Assembly (NCBI GenBank): GCA_937975855.1
Contig: CALJTT010000004.1
Coordinates: 5,583-69,582, forward strand
DNA length: 64,000 bases
From: Minisyncoccota bacterium
Lineage (GTDB): Bacteria > Patescibacteriota > Minisyncoccia > Phycocordibacterales > UBA918
Direction: 5' to 3'
Shown here: positions 1 to 8,911 of the stretch, piece by piece
How positions within the stretch are numbered: position 1 is the first letter of the stretch
Layout: every line of letters begins with the position of its first letter
Notes under the pieces: model-generated
The model's database searches: none
What the model saw: the letters and a program-made list of their open reading frames with translations, nothing else
What the model was told of the DNA's origin: nothing
Program-made: the position numbers and the translations under genes

Positions 1-2506
1 TGTTGGCCAAACCAGAAGTCGCGTCTATGGAGCCAAACTCACTGATCGCCAAGCTGGTCAAAGTGTGACTGCCAACGTTTGAACTTAGGATGAATTGCCC
101 GCCTAAATAAATTGAAGAGACATCGGTATCAACAGTTGCAATAAGTGCGCCAGTTGAACTTGCTGTTATATCTGCATTAATGGTGACTTGCGGATACACG
201 TCGTATACACCCAGCTCGACTCCATTGTCAGTCAACCTAAAACAATATGTAGTCCCTTCAACGGCAAGTGCGGTAGCTTGGATCGAATATTCTAGCTCCA
301 AAAACTGAGTGACCGTCATAGTAGTCGCCGCCACAGTGTCGCTAATATCTTTTGTGGCCGCATTAGGTGTGAGGAAAGAAACGTTCTCGTCGGTCACACC
401 ACCTATCGCCACAGCGATATTTGTAGTGTCTGTACCGTCAGTCAGATTTACTGAATCAAACATTTCAAACTCGTCACCTACAGTATCAATTGCCGACCAG
501 CCAGAGCTAAGTTCACAGGTGGCACCAGCGACAGCAAATTCCAATTGGTAAGCCATGGGATCAGATGTAGTAGAACCTTCCACCGAAACACCCAGACGTA
601 ACCGCTTAGGGGAAAGTATCTGCAAGGCATCTATAGACGTGTCTTCTGCGCCACCGGTTGCAGAAGTGGCTGCGGACTCTAAACCATCGTCGTTTCGCCA
701 ATGATAATGGGTCAAAGTCACGTCAGGACTGACAATCGTAGTTGAACCAGCCAAGGCGACAGGCGCGTCAGGAAAAGGATCAGTTCCTGTGATTCCAATA
801 TCGATCAATGGGTTGGCTATCTGTAGGTCGAATGTAGATCCGTCTGCAGCCATGTTAGTAGCATCAAACACAACGTACCCACAAAACGTTGTCGTTGGAT
901 TCAATACAACAGCGGCCCCAGAGAACGTACTTGTTCCGTTAGCCGAACTGAACCCGTCTGAATCCGTTGCGCCAAATTGTAATTCTCCGCCAGCGTACGT
1001 TTCAGAATCACAGTCATAAGGCGACGTTGTATCCAGATCGTAAAACACTTTTACGTTTTCAATGCCAGCATTAGCGTCCAAAGTACCAGTCTCGGTTAAT
1101 GTCAAAGACGACAATGTGTTTGGGACGAGAGATTCAATCACAAATGTACCACCTGCATAATTGTCGGAAGTGTTAGCTTTTACAACGGCTGCTTGCGTAC
1201 CTGTAGCGCTCACCTTAATGTCAGGCCCGATGTTGTCCAGAGTCTCGCCAAAACGATCGTCAGTAGCGGCCTCCCACCAGGTGACGTAAAGACGCTCGAA
1301 ATTACTTGGGTCAAGGGCGGGTTTGCGAATATCGCCCGGCGAAGCGTTAACAGGGCCAATCTCACTTCCCCATGATGTCATGCCATCCGTAGATTGTTTG
1401 TAGTAAATATTTGCCGTTGAAACATCGCCAGCCGTGTCCTGGATAGCATAAGCGGCGTAAACATGGCCGTTGTTTTGGTCAATTGCAACTGCTACATCCA
1501 ACAATCCTCGGCCAACTTGGTTGGTAATGGCGTCTGACATTGTTGTCCAGGCTGATCCATCGTAAACAGCACTTTGGACATCATCATTATCGTCAGTCAG
1601 AATGTCATTGTCAGCCGCATATATTAAATAAATGTAACCAGTAGACTGGTCAATGGTGGCAGACATGCCGCCGTCGTACTCTGCGCTCTCAGACACACTT
1701 GTGTCGACATTGCTCCAACTAGCAGACCAACTTACACCATTCCAAATTTTACTTCGAATGAGGTTTGCTGAAATGTCACGATTGATCGCCATTACATCAC
1801 CACCAGCAAGAGGCATCAAGATGGTGTGGTCGTTTCGTAAGTCGAACGGGCTGACGCCTACTTCGTTCCAATTCGCTACATTGTTGCAAGTTGCACTACA
1901 AGAAACAGCATATGAGTCGCTGTTGTCGTTTGCGGCGGCGTACAGCGTGCCATCGGTCGCTTTAGTAAACGCCAAAGTGTTTATTGAGGCAGAGAAAGTT
2001 GGAACCTGCAGCGAGTTACTGCTGATATTCGTCGGAGCTGCACCTGAGAGCAAAGTGTCTGTAGTTGTGTCGAGCCGGTTGTAGAACAAGTCGTCGTCGC
2101 TAGTGTCCATTGTAACGATATGAATATTCACACCAGCATCACCAGGCGTCCACTTGTCGTACCAGACACCGATTCGTATGCAGTCCGTCTGACTGTCCAC
2201 CAACACCGTAGTACCCCATGTGGCGCCGGCATCTGTGGATTTTCTGTATACACATTGCCCTGTGCTATCGCGATAAAACGAGTACCCTATCTGGTCAGTT
2301 ACAAAAACGGTTTGCGTACCGGTATTGTTGTTAGTCCGAGCGTTAGTGCTACTTGTAGTGTCTATAGTAACAACAGCGGCCTCGGCGCTGGTCGGCGAAA
2401 AAAGTGGATTCAATAATTGCGTCCCAAGTAAATCAAACACTAGCAAAAACACCAGCCAAGAACTGAGTCCATTTTGTAGAATAGTAAAACCTCGCAGTTG
2501 TTTCAT
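1..2506 (-). CDS. Secreted BNR/Asp-box-repeat (sialidase-like beta-propeller) protein, 3'-partial (stop lies beyond window start). Absent from supplied ORF track. The C-terminal part carries a W-R-N-D-D-G ... C-F-R-L-T-D-N-G domain also present in the giant protein.
   Basis: Manual minus-strand translation from ATG at 2506 (MKQLRGFTILQNGLSSWLVFLLV..., signal/TM) reads open to position 1. No competing ORF of 60 aa or more exists except short plus-strand ones. Perfect Asp-boxes S-T-D-A-G-A-T-W (~2215-2250) and S-T-D-G-M-T-S-W (~1370-1400). Motifs HYHWRNDDG and YCFRLTDNG parallel FRWRNDDG / LCFRVTDQG in the giant protein. Confidence 0.55.
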   Translation of the reverse strand, partial: MKQLRGFTILQNGLSSWLVFLLVFDLLGTQLLNPLFSPTSAEAAVVTIDTTSSTNARTNNNTGTQTVFVTDQIGYSFYRDSTGQCVYRKSTDAGATWGTTVLVDSQTDCIRIGVWYDKWTPGDAGVNIHIVTMDTSDDDLFYNRLDTTTDTLLSGAAPTNISSNSLQVPTFSASINTLAFTKATDGTLYAAANDNSDSYAVSCSATCNNVANWNEVGVSPFDLRNDHTILMPLAGGDVMAINRDISANLIRSKIWNGVSWSASWSNVDTSVSESAEYDGGMSATIDQSTGYIYLIYAADNDILTDDNDDVQSAVYDGSAWTTMSDAITNQVGRGLLDVAVAIDQNNGHVYAAYAIQDTAGDVSTANIYYKQSTDGMTSWGSEIGPVNASPGDIRKPALDPSNFERLYVTWWEAATDDRFGETLDNIGPDIKVSATGTQAAVVKANTSDNYAGGTFVIESLVPNTLSSLTLTETGTLDANAGIENVKVFYDLDTTSPYDCDSETYAGGELQFGATDSDGFSSANGTSTFSGAAVVLNPTTTFCGYVVFDATNMAADGSTFDLQIANPLIDIGITGTDPFPDAPVALAGSTTIVSPDVTLTHYHWRNDDGLESAATSATGGAEDTSIDALQILSPKRLRLGVSVEGSTTSDPMAYQLEFAVAGATCELSSGWSAIDTVGDEFEMFDSVNLTDGTDTTNIAVAIGGVTDENVSFLTPNAATKDISDTVAATTMTVTQFLELEYSIQATALAVEGTTYCFRLTDNGVELGVYDVYPQVTINADITASSTGALIATVDTDVSSIYLGGQFILSSNVGSHTLTSLAISEFGSIDATSGLAN

Positions 2507-2546
2507 GACTCCGTCCTTATATAGTAACGTACTGTTGCCGTTAACT

Positions 2547-4466
2547 TTATTGGCTCTGTGAACTGGTAGAAGTGGTGGTTGAAGAATCCAAAATCAACGT
2601 ATCATCATCGCTATACAGTTCTTCCACCACGGGGATATTTGGGGTACTTAGGTCAAGATCAAAATCTTCGCCTAGCGCACTGGTAGATGTTGTAGCAGCA
2701 GAAGTGGCGGAAGTGCTCAAGTCTAATGTTCCAACAGCCGGGTCTTCATTTTCAAAATTTGTATCAATGGTCGGGTCTGGGCCAGCAACCTCTTCAGTTT
2801 CATCCTGAACGACCTTAGGTGCAGAAGGTGCAACTAGTGCTCTTGTTTCCCCTGTGGACTCTGGCTCAGGCAATTTGTCAGGCAACTCCACCGGCAACTG
2901 ACCCAAAGGAATGATTTCACCCGTCACAAGGTCAAAACCTTTTGTAGCAGTGTCGCCGTTTCCGTATATGGCGTCGTACACAACAACCATTCGAGGGTTC
3001 GAGACAGCCACTCCGTCGGAGTCAGAAATTTCGTTATAAGTTTTGCTTACAGTGTCATAAGTCATCAAAGACTGAGAACCGTCACTAGCCCGAACGTTCC
3101 AAATTACCAAACTCCCTCGTACATGTGGAGCGATGTCGTGCTCTGGAGATTCAGTAAGCCTGCTTAGCGAGCCTGACTCGAGGAGCATAATTTCCCAGTT
3201 ATTGTCAATCCAGCGTTGCCAAACGGTAGTATTGCCAGCACGAGTTGGCTGCATGTTGTTTACGCTTGTTGTAGTCAAAACTTGCTCTTCACCACTATCC
3301 ACATCATAAGCAACAATTTGGTAACGATCGTCTATCAAACGATGCCATACAATCGTATGTGAAACTGCGTCGTAATAAGGTGAAGAATCATCGACCAAGT
3401 TATCGGTTATCTTTTGTTCAATATTATTTCTGCGTAAGAAAAGTTCAAGATCTCCATCCGAGTCTGGTGCAGCAAAAAGATCGTCTTTCAAGAAAGAACT
3501 GTCAGAAGAATTCTTTTTACAATAAAAGCTGCCGTCGTCCACGGTTGTACATTCTGTCTCGTTGAAACTAAATGGAGACGAACGCTCGATAAACTGCACT
3601 ACTGTCGGATCGACATTATCAGGTGTGGAACTTGCAGTCGATGTGGCTATCTCTTGAATTGTTGAAGTAGAAACTTCCACACTTTCAGATTCAGGCTCAG
3701 GCTCCTTCTTACTGCTGGAAAAATCTTGCTTCACTTCCGACACTGTAGTGGTCGAGAGAGTTGTTGTAGCTACATCATTATTATCATTGTCGCTTACAGC
3801 TACAGCTTCGGATGTCGTTGCATTACTCGAGGAAGATATTTGAGATTCTGGGGTGTGATCCAAAACTTCCGATACCAAAACTGGTTCGCTGGTGCTGGCC
3901 AAAGTGGTCGTGGCGCTGTCAAGAGAATCCACAGTGGCTTCAGAAGCTGACGATGTAGCAGTGCCTGAAACAGCGGGCTTATCAGGTGGCACCTCATCCA
4001 ATGAAACTGCTGTTACAACTGTATCGGAGACAGAGTCAGTTTCGGTCTGGAACTCTGATAATTCACCGTCCAAAGCAGATTCATCTGGAGCAGCTAGTTC
4101 TTCTACTGAAATAGCGGTTTCATCTGTCACTTCACTATCCTGCTCTTCTTCTATTTCTATTGTATCCAGCAAATCTAAAGTGATTTCATCTTCTGTATCA
4201 ACAATATCTATAACTTCTGCTGTAGCAATGGCGGGCAATTCATCTTCGTTTGCATGCACAAACAGAGGCTGCATCAGCAAAGAAAGCAGCAAGAAAACTG
4301 CACAGAGTGTATACACAACGTTGAAACGAGAATTAGAACTGGCAGGTATTGAAGATGCCATATCCGCGGAAAAGTTTTCTAATTTGGTGAGTCGTGTAGA
4401 AGTATTGTTATATAAGGTTATTTTGTTTCTTTTGAGTGCCATAAATTTGACGTGGCAAAATGCCAT
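2547..4466 (-). CDS. Secreted acidic Ser/Thr-rich protein with C-terminal beta-propeller-like (TolB/DPP-IV-like) region. Probable true start is at the internal Met (MASSIPASS..., ~4361), giving a signal peptide.
   Basis: 639-aa ORF. Hydrophobic segment VVYTLCAVFLLLSLLMQPLFVHA then a D/E/S/T-rich low-complexity half. The C-terminal half has repeated hydrophobic/W-containing strands. Confidence 0.5.
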   Translation of the reverse strand: MAFCHVKFMALKRNKITLYNNTSTRLTKLENFSADMASSIPASSNSRFNVVYTLCAVFLLLSLLMQPLFVHANEDELPAIATAEVIDIVDTEDEITLDLLDTIEIEEEQDSEVTDETAISVEELAAPDESALDGELSEFQTETDSVSDTVVTAVSLDEVPPDKPAVSGTATSSASEATVDSLDSATTTLASTSEPVLVSEVLDHTPESQISSSSNATTSEAVAVSDNDNNDVATTTLSTTTVSEVKQDFSSSKKEPEPESESVEVSTSTIQEIATSTASSTPDNVDPTVVQFIERSSPFSFNETECTTVDDGSFYCKKNSSDSSFLKDDLFAAPDSDGDLELFLRRNNIEQKITDNLVDDSSPYYDAVSHTIVWHRLIDDRYQIVAYDVDSGEEQVLTTTSVNNMQPTRAGNTTVWQRWIDNNWEIMLLESGSLSRLTESPEHDIAPHVRGSLVIWNVRASDGSQSLMTYDTVSKTYNEISDSDGVAVSNPRMVVVYDAIYGNGDTATKGFDLVTGEIIPLGQLPVELPDKLPEPESTGETRALVAPSAPKVVQDETEEVAGPDPTIDTNFENEDPAVGTLDLSTSATSAATTSTSALGEDFDLDLSTPNIPVVEELYSDDDTLILDSSTTTSTSSQSQ

Positions 4467-4548
4467 GTCTAAACACTATTCCCATCACACAATAATTTTA
4501 GCAACCTATATACGGTAATGCAGGTGTTATCAACAGAAAATCAACAGT

Positions 4549-5307
4549 TTATTGGTTGAAAAAGTCTGCAAGGATAATCGAAAAATCTCGGAAGCTCATT
4601 CTTCCATCACCGTTGAAATCCATTGTTTGCGATCTGCTGCTCCAGGCACCCATAAATGCACTTATGTCCTTCAGAGTTATCTTCCCATCGCCATTGACGT
4701 CTGTTTTTGCAAAATCTTTAACAGCAAAATTAATACTAGAAAAATCAGTGTTTTCGTCAAAATTAAGTAAAGAAAGCCGCATTCTGTCATCATCCATGGA
4801 AAGCACCTCAGTACCCTCTCCATCTCCCGCAACAAAATTGACATCTTTAACCTCTATGGTGTATTGCCCTGGTTCCAAGGCTCTGAAATTCAAAGTTGCG
4901 ATCTGATGTTTACCCAAAAAACCTCTTTTAAAGGTTCCTCCACTAAGCTTTACCGATGTGGTGTCTATTTCTGGATCTGCAGTCCAGATAGTGAGTACTG
5001 ATTGACCACGGTCAACTCCAAACACATCGACTTTACTTTTGGTGAATTCTACAGTTATTTCTACTGCATTAACTGGTGTAGTAACATCAGCATAAACAAC
5101 CACGGGAAAAACTGAACCCACTTCGATGGTGTTGGTTGCTGTCTCAAAATATACAGATGACATGTTGGACGAACCGGTTAAGGCGAGCAAGCTAGCAGTT
5201 GCAAGGCCGGTTAGAATTGCTGGGAACATAAACTTCACAGTAGAACTCGCTCGTCGTCTGTACATCAAGTTTTGAAAATATCTTTTGGTTTTAGCCCAGA
5301 AAAACAT
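4549..5307 (-). CDS. Secreted protein with cohesin-like domain plus C-terminal dockerin (adaptor-type cohesin+dockerin protein)
   Basis: Signal/TM (FPAILTGLATASLLALTG). The central ~130 aa match the cohesin-like pattern shared with 5999..7768 and 35159..36697 (VNAVEITVEF...SVLTIWTADP). C-terminal duplicated Ca-binding dockerin repeats DVNGDGKITLKDISAF / DFNGDGRMSFRDFSIIL. Confidence 0.5.
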   Translation of the reverse strand: MFFWAKTKRYFQNLMYRRRASSTVKFMFPAILTGLATASLLALTGSSNMSSVYFETATNTIEVGSVFPVVVYADVTTPVNAVEITVEFTKSKVDVFGVDRGQSVLTIWTADPEIDTTSVKLSGGTFKRGFLGKHQIATLNFRALEPGQYTIEVKDVNFVAGDGEGTEVLSMDDDRMRLSLLNFDENTDFSSINFAVKDFAKTDVNGDGKITLKDISAFMGAWSSRSQTMDFNGDGRMSFRDFSIILADFFNQ

Positions 5308-5313
5308 ATTCGA

Positions 5314-5988
5314 TTACAGTGCGGTTAGTTCTGCCCTAAGTTTATCTGCTTGTGTTTTAGAAAGAATCAAAGCTTCTTTAGTTTCTCTAACCTGAGAAAG
5401 AATAACGCCAATTTCCTCAGAGTCAGCTGCTCTTCCCTCTAACAAAGTGTCGATGATTTTCTTTTGTGAGCGCACAAGAGTCGAAAACAAATCGCTCTGA
5501 ACTTCTTCGTTGGCAATAAGAGATTTCCACTGGTCAAGAGAGTAGTTGTCGTTCTGCTTTTTACCAGTTAGTGACGAAAGTTGTTCTACGTAAGATCCGT
5601 AAACACCAATCTCGCGTGCAAATCTAGAAACCATCACAGCTTTTCGTTCTGAATAAAAATTTCCGCAAAGTACAAAGAGCTGCTCTAACTCAATCAATTC
5701 GTAACGCGGTAACACACTGTCGAGCGAGCCCAAGAGTTTGTTAAACCTACTTCTGTCATCAATGGCACAATCACGCACGATTGATTCTGTGATGCTGTCC
5801 GCGCCATTTCTAGCTGTCGTTTCTGCAATGGTCGATAGAAGAGCCTGTTGTTCGGCCAACTGTATTCTGATTGTAGATTCTAGATCTTCAGTCCGCTGGT
5901 TGACGATGTACGAGCTGAGTAAGGCTACTAATAATAAGAAAAGGATTCCCAATAAGAACCATTTATATTTGTGAGCACTTTCGATCAT
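5314..5988 (-). CDS. N-terminally membrane-anchored helical/coiled-coil protein of unknown function
   Basis: 224-aa ORF with single N-terminal TM (WFLLGILFLLLVALLSSYIV). The remainder is predicted helical. Tight spacing with flanking genes. Confidence 0.45.
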   Translation of the reverse strand: MIESAHKYKWFLLGILFLLLVALLSSYIVNQRTEDLESTIRIQLAEQQALLSTIAETTARNGADSITESIVRDCAIDDRSRFNKLLGSLDSVLPRYELIELEQLFVLCGNFYSERKAVMVSRFAREIGVYGSYVEQLSSLTGKKQNDNYSLDQWKSLIANEEVQSDLFSTLVRSQKKIIDTLLEGRAADSEEIGVILSQVRETKEALILSKTQADKLRAELTAL

Positions 5989-5998
5989 ACTGAATTGT

Positions 5999-7768
5999 TT
6001 AGTCTTTTTCGGCTAGTTTTGTAACATCTTGGATTTCCTTTTCGACTGCTCGCTGTGAATTTTGAAGCGCCTTGTCGAATGTTTCTATCATAGCAGCTTC
6101 TGCCTTGGTTAGCTTGTTGGTTTTACGAGATTTGCGCAGGTTTGCCTCTTGCGACTGCAGGTCGGTTTGCAGGCTTGCGAATTCACGATGCAGAATATCC
6201 AAGGCTTCAGAAGATTCTCGCCCCACAGCTCCACGGAATTTTTGAAAAACGAAGAGGAGATACCAAATTCCGAAGAACAATAACATCGTTAACAGAAGTA
6301 ACGGAACAAGAATAGACATTGCGTTAACCACCTGACTTCCTAACCTGATGTACCCGGGCTCTTGAACAGCGATACGCTTAATTTCTGAAATTTCGCTTTG
6401 CGCACCGTGCTGGTCGATAGACTGTGCAGATACTTCGTATACGCCAGAATACAGAACTCCTTCTGGAATAAAGGCAAATTCTCCGGCTTCGTTCGCTGTG
6501 ATCTCGTAGACATTGGGTTCACTACCAACGCGTTTGAAAAAAATCGTTATCGTAGAGTTCGGCCTAGAAATTCCTTTAATCACTGGTATCACGTCACCAC
6601 TCATCTCTGTTGGAACATCGGTGAAGGCGGGCTTTTCAAAAGACTCGATAGTGAAAGAATGGGTCGCAATCAGACTATTGCCAGCGTGGTCAAAAGCCTC
6701 GATGATAACTGTGTGGTAACCAGGATCTAACCTGGGCAAAGTAAGAGTGCCAGATGCAGTTTTATCCGTAAATTCATAAGGTTCTTCGTTATCCAGCTTT
6801 ACAAGATAACGGTTAATTCCAGATGTAGAATCCTTAGCGACGAGATTTAGTGTCTGTTCTGGCGCAGACATGTCAGCGTCTTGTGGCGAAAGAATTTCAA
6901 AACTAGCAGGTGCCATAGTGTCAACTGCCAAGCGATAGCTCGACACCTTACCCCAACCATCTGCATTCTTGAACTGGATATGGAAATAAGAAATTCCCTC
7001 TTCGAGTTCTGTTAGTGTGATTGTTCTGATAGGATTTTCGTAAACCTTGGTTGGAACAGTTGACGGTGAACCATTGAGCAGCGTACGAACTGCAGTAACG
7101 CCTGTGGGTAACGACCACGACAGCAGAGCTGTATTAGTCGCATGCCAAGCTGCTGGATTATCATGAGTCTTAGAGACAATCTTTGGGGCTGCAGGAGTGT
7201 TGGCCGGGGCGATATATTCAATAATCCGTTCTGGCTCGGGCGCAGTTGTCGGTGCTTGGATTGTAAAAGATCCACCATTCATGGCCGTCAGAACGTTAGT
7301 GCCGCGGCCGTCATTGGCCAGAACAGAGCCGTTGCTAAACGTGACTCTTGGGGATCCTGCATTTTTTGCCCTAAATGTTATAGACAAAACTGTTCCCACA
7401 CTGCCAGAGTAACCGGCAGGAACACCGCCGCTAAAGGTAACCGTACCAGCCGCGTTAGAAAAGGCTGGTTCAGCCACCCAAAGATTAAAAATCGAACCAG
7501 AGCGATTGATAGAAACGACCGAAAGCTCGTTTGGATTAAAATTTATCGTACCTTCTGCTGCGTTAACCGGATCACCATTGGTAACAACCTGGACTCTAGC
7601 CGTAAAAGTTGCACCGGCATTATAAACACCAGTGTCAGGATTTAAACGCAAAGACGCAGCTTCTGCTGTGTTCGCAAAAAAACTGAATGCAGCTAAAACT
7701 GCGGCGAAAAATATGTGCGGCGTGGTTTTATTGGATATTGTCATAGTGGCGATCGTTAGGGTCTTCAA
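5999..7768 (-). CDS. Type-I membrane protein: signal peptide, N-terminal cohesin-like domain, Ig/FN3-like domains, C-terminal TM helix and conserved cytoplasmic coiled-coil tail (cohesin-bearing cell-surface anchor)
   Basis: Signal (FFAAVLAAFSFFANTAEA). Cohesin-like block LRLNPDTGVYNAGATFTARVQVV...VNAAEGTINFNPNELSVVSI..SIFNLWVAEP...TVTFSGGVPAGYSG. TM (AMSILVPLLLLTMLLFFGIWYLLFVF) followed by a charged helical tail. Paralog of 35159..36697 and 7728..8792. Confidence 0.55.
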   Translation of the reverse strand: MKTLTIATMTISNKTTPHIFFAAVLAAFSFFANTAEAASLRLNPDTGVYNAGATFTARVQVVTNGDPVNAAEGTINFNPNELSVVSINRSGSIFNLWVAEPAFSNAAGTVTFSGGVPAGYSGSVGTVLSITFRAKNAGSPRVTFSNGSVLANDGRGTNVLTAMNGGSFTIQAPTTAPEPERIIEYIAPANTPAAPKIVSKTHDNPAAWHATNTALLSWSLPTGVTAVRTLLNGSPSTVPTKVYENPIRTITLTELEEGISYFHIQFKNADGWGKVSSYRLAVDTMAPASFEILSPQDADMSAPEQTLNLVAKDSTSGINRYLVKLDNEEPYEFTDKTASGTLTLPRLDPGYHTVIIEAFDHAGNSLIATHSFTIESFEKPAFTDVPTEMSGDVIPVIKGISRPNSTITIFFKRVGSEPNVYEITANEAGEFAFIPEGVLYSGVYEVSAQSIDQHGAQSEISEIKRIAVQEPGYIRLGSQVVNAMSILVPLLLLTMLLFFGIWYLLFVFQKFRGAVGRESSEALDILHREFASLQTDLQSQEANLRKSRKTNKLTKAEAAMIETFDKALQNSQRAVEKEIQDVTKLAEKD

Positions 7769-8792
7769 AAGACTGGGCTGCTGCTTCTGGCTGTGTTCTA
7801 AGTGACTCGATTTCTTTGTCTACACGGCGCTTTTTGTAACGCTTAAATACAGTAAACGCGAACACGAAAGCCATCAGGAATAATCCAAGGTAAAGTATGT
7901 AACTAAGGATTTGGTAAGGTGTAATTGTTCGAAGTTCTGGATCGGGAATGTAATTTGCGATGTACTCGTTCCCCGCTTTATCTATCGCCTTGACACGAAC
8001 TACACTGTTAAGTGATTGATCTTCCAGCACATAAGGGCTTCTAGACTCGATCCAAGGTGCGTCAGCTCTCCCCCACAAAAACGCGCTAGTTTGTGACAAC
8101 GGTTCCTCCATAACCTCGTAGTGGTCGATTCCAGTTTCTTTGTCAGTCGTGTTGAAACTAATATAGTACTTGCCGCTAAAGGCTTTTTCTTCTTTATCTA
8201 GAATGATACCAAAGGCTTGAGGATCGTTATCATCAGCCGAAATTCTGTCAGTCCATGGGTCGGAAACAACCGCACTGGCGCCAGCCAGTATCGTTAACGT
8301 GGTAGGCAGCAATGTTGTTTTGGCGACAGTGCCAAAACCGTCGTTCAAATAAACCATAGTGTCCTTTGAAAAATCAACGACTGCAGCTTCCTCTTGTCCA
8401 GACTCCACATCAGAACGAACAACTATTTCGAATAACGTATTGGTTAAACTTGGATCGCCGTCAATTCTGCCACAATAGCCGTTTGGTATACCTCCAGCAA
8501 AAGAAATCTGATTTGATTCCGGGTTCAAAGTTGGTGGCTCCACCCACATTGAAAAAATTGACTCGCCAGAAGACACATCAACCGCGTTTATAGGGCCATC
8601 CAGGGAAAGCACACCTGAAGCGGCGTTGATACATTCATTCACAGACTCGTCAGTGTCGATTCTGACCTTAAGTATGAGCGCATCCCCTCTTCCTAAAGTT
8701 TTGGTCGCAGGGTCGATATACAAAGTAGCCGCCTCAACCTGCGCAGCAAGAAAAAAAGGCAGTACAAAAAACGGAACCAAACGACGTAGCAT
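7728..8792 (-). CDS. Type-I membrane protein with N-terminal cohesin-like domain and C-terminal TM anchor (shorter paralog)
   Basis: Signal (LVPFFVLPFFLAAQVEAA). LYIDPATKTLGRGDALILKVRID...INAVDVSSGESIFSMWVEPP...ISFAGGIPNGYCG aligns with the other cohesin-like domains. C-terminal TM (ILSYILYLGLFLMAFVFAFTVF) plus basic tail. Confidence 0.5.
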   Translation of the reverse strand: MLRRLVPFFVLPFFLAAQVEAATLYIDPATKTLGRGDALILKVRIDTDESVNECINAASGVLSLDGPINAVDVSSGESIFSMWVEPPTLNPESNQISFAGGIPNGYCGRIDGDPSLTNTLFEIVVRSDVESGQEEAAVVDFSKDTMVYLNDGFGTVAKTTLLPTTLTILAGASAVVSDPWTDRISADDNDPQAFGIILDKEEKAFSGKYYISFNTTDKETGIDHYEVMEEPLSQTSAFLWGRADAPWIESRSPYVLEDQSLNSVVRVKAIDKAGNEYIANYIPDPELRTITPYQILSYILYLGLFLMAFVFAFTVFKRYKKRRVDKEIESLRTQPEAAAQSFEDPNDRHYDNIQ

Positions 8793-8840
8793 GGCAAAAT
8801 TATAACAACTTTTTGCACTGAAAATCCCTCATATGCACAA

Positions 8841-8866
8841 ACAAAAAACCCACCTCGTGGTGGGAG
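8841..8866 (-). terminator. Rho-independent terminator downstream of the WxL-like gene 8912..10042 (minus-strand sense: cccacc-acga-ggtggg then UUUUUUGU)
   Basis: Plus strand aaaaaacccacctcgtggtgggagatagg. The revcomp gives the hairpin followed directly by a T6 run. Confidence 0.7.
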
Positions 8867-8911
8867 ATAGGATTTTTTGTTTGTAACTCCAAGCTTAGAG
8901 TCCAGTTTCGG

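Noticed and set aside
309-2561. Plus-strand ORFs 309..551, 789..1019, 1193..1375, 1653..2084, 2120..2416 and 2325..2561
   Set aside because: The minus strand translates cleanly through this region into a BNR-repeat protein with Asp-boxes. The plus-strand ORFs are short antisense artefacts.
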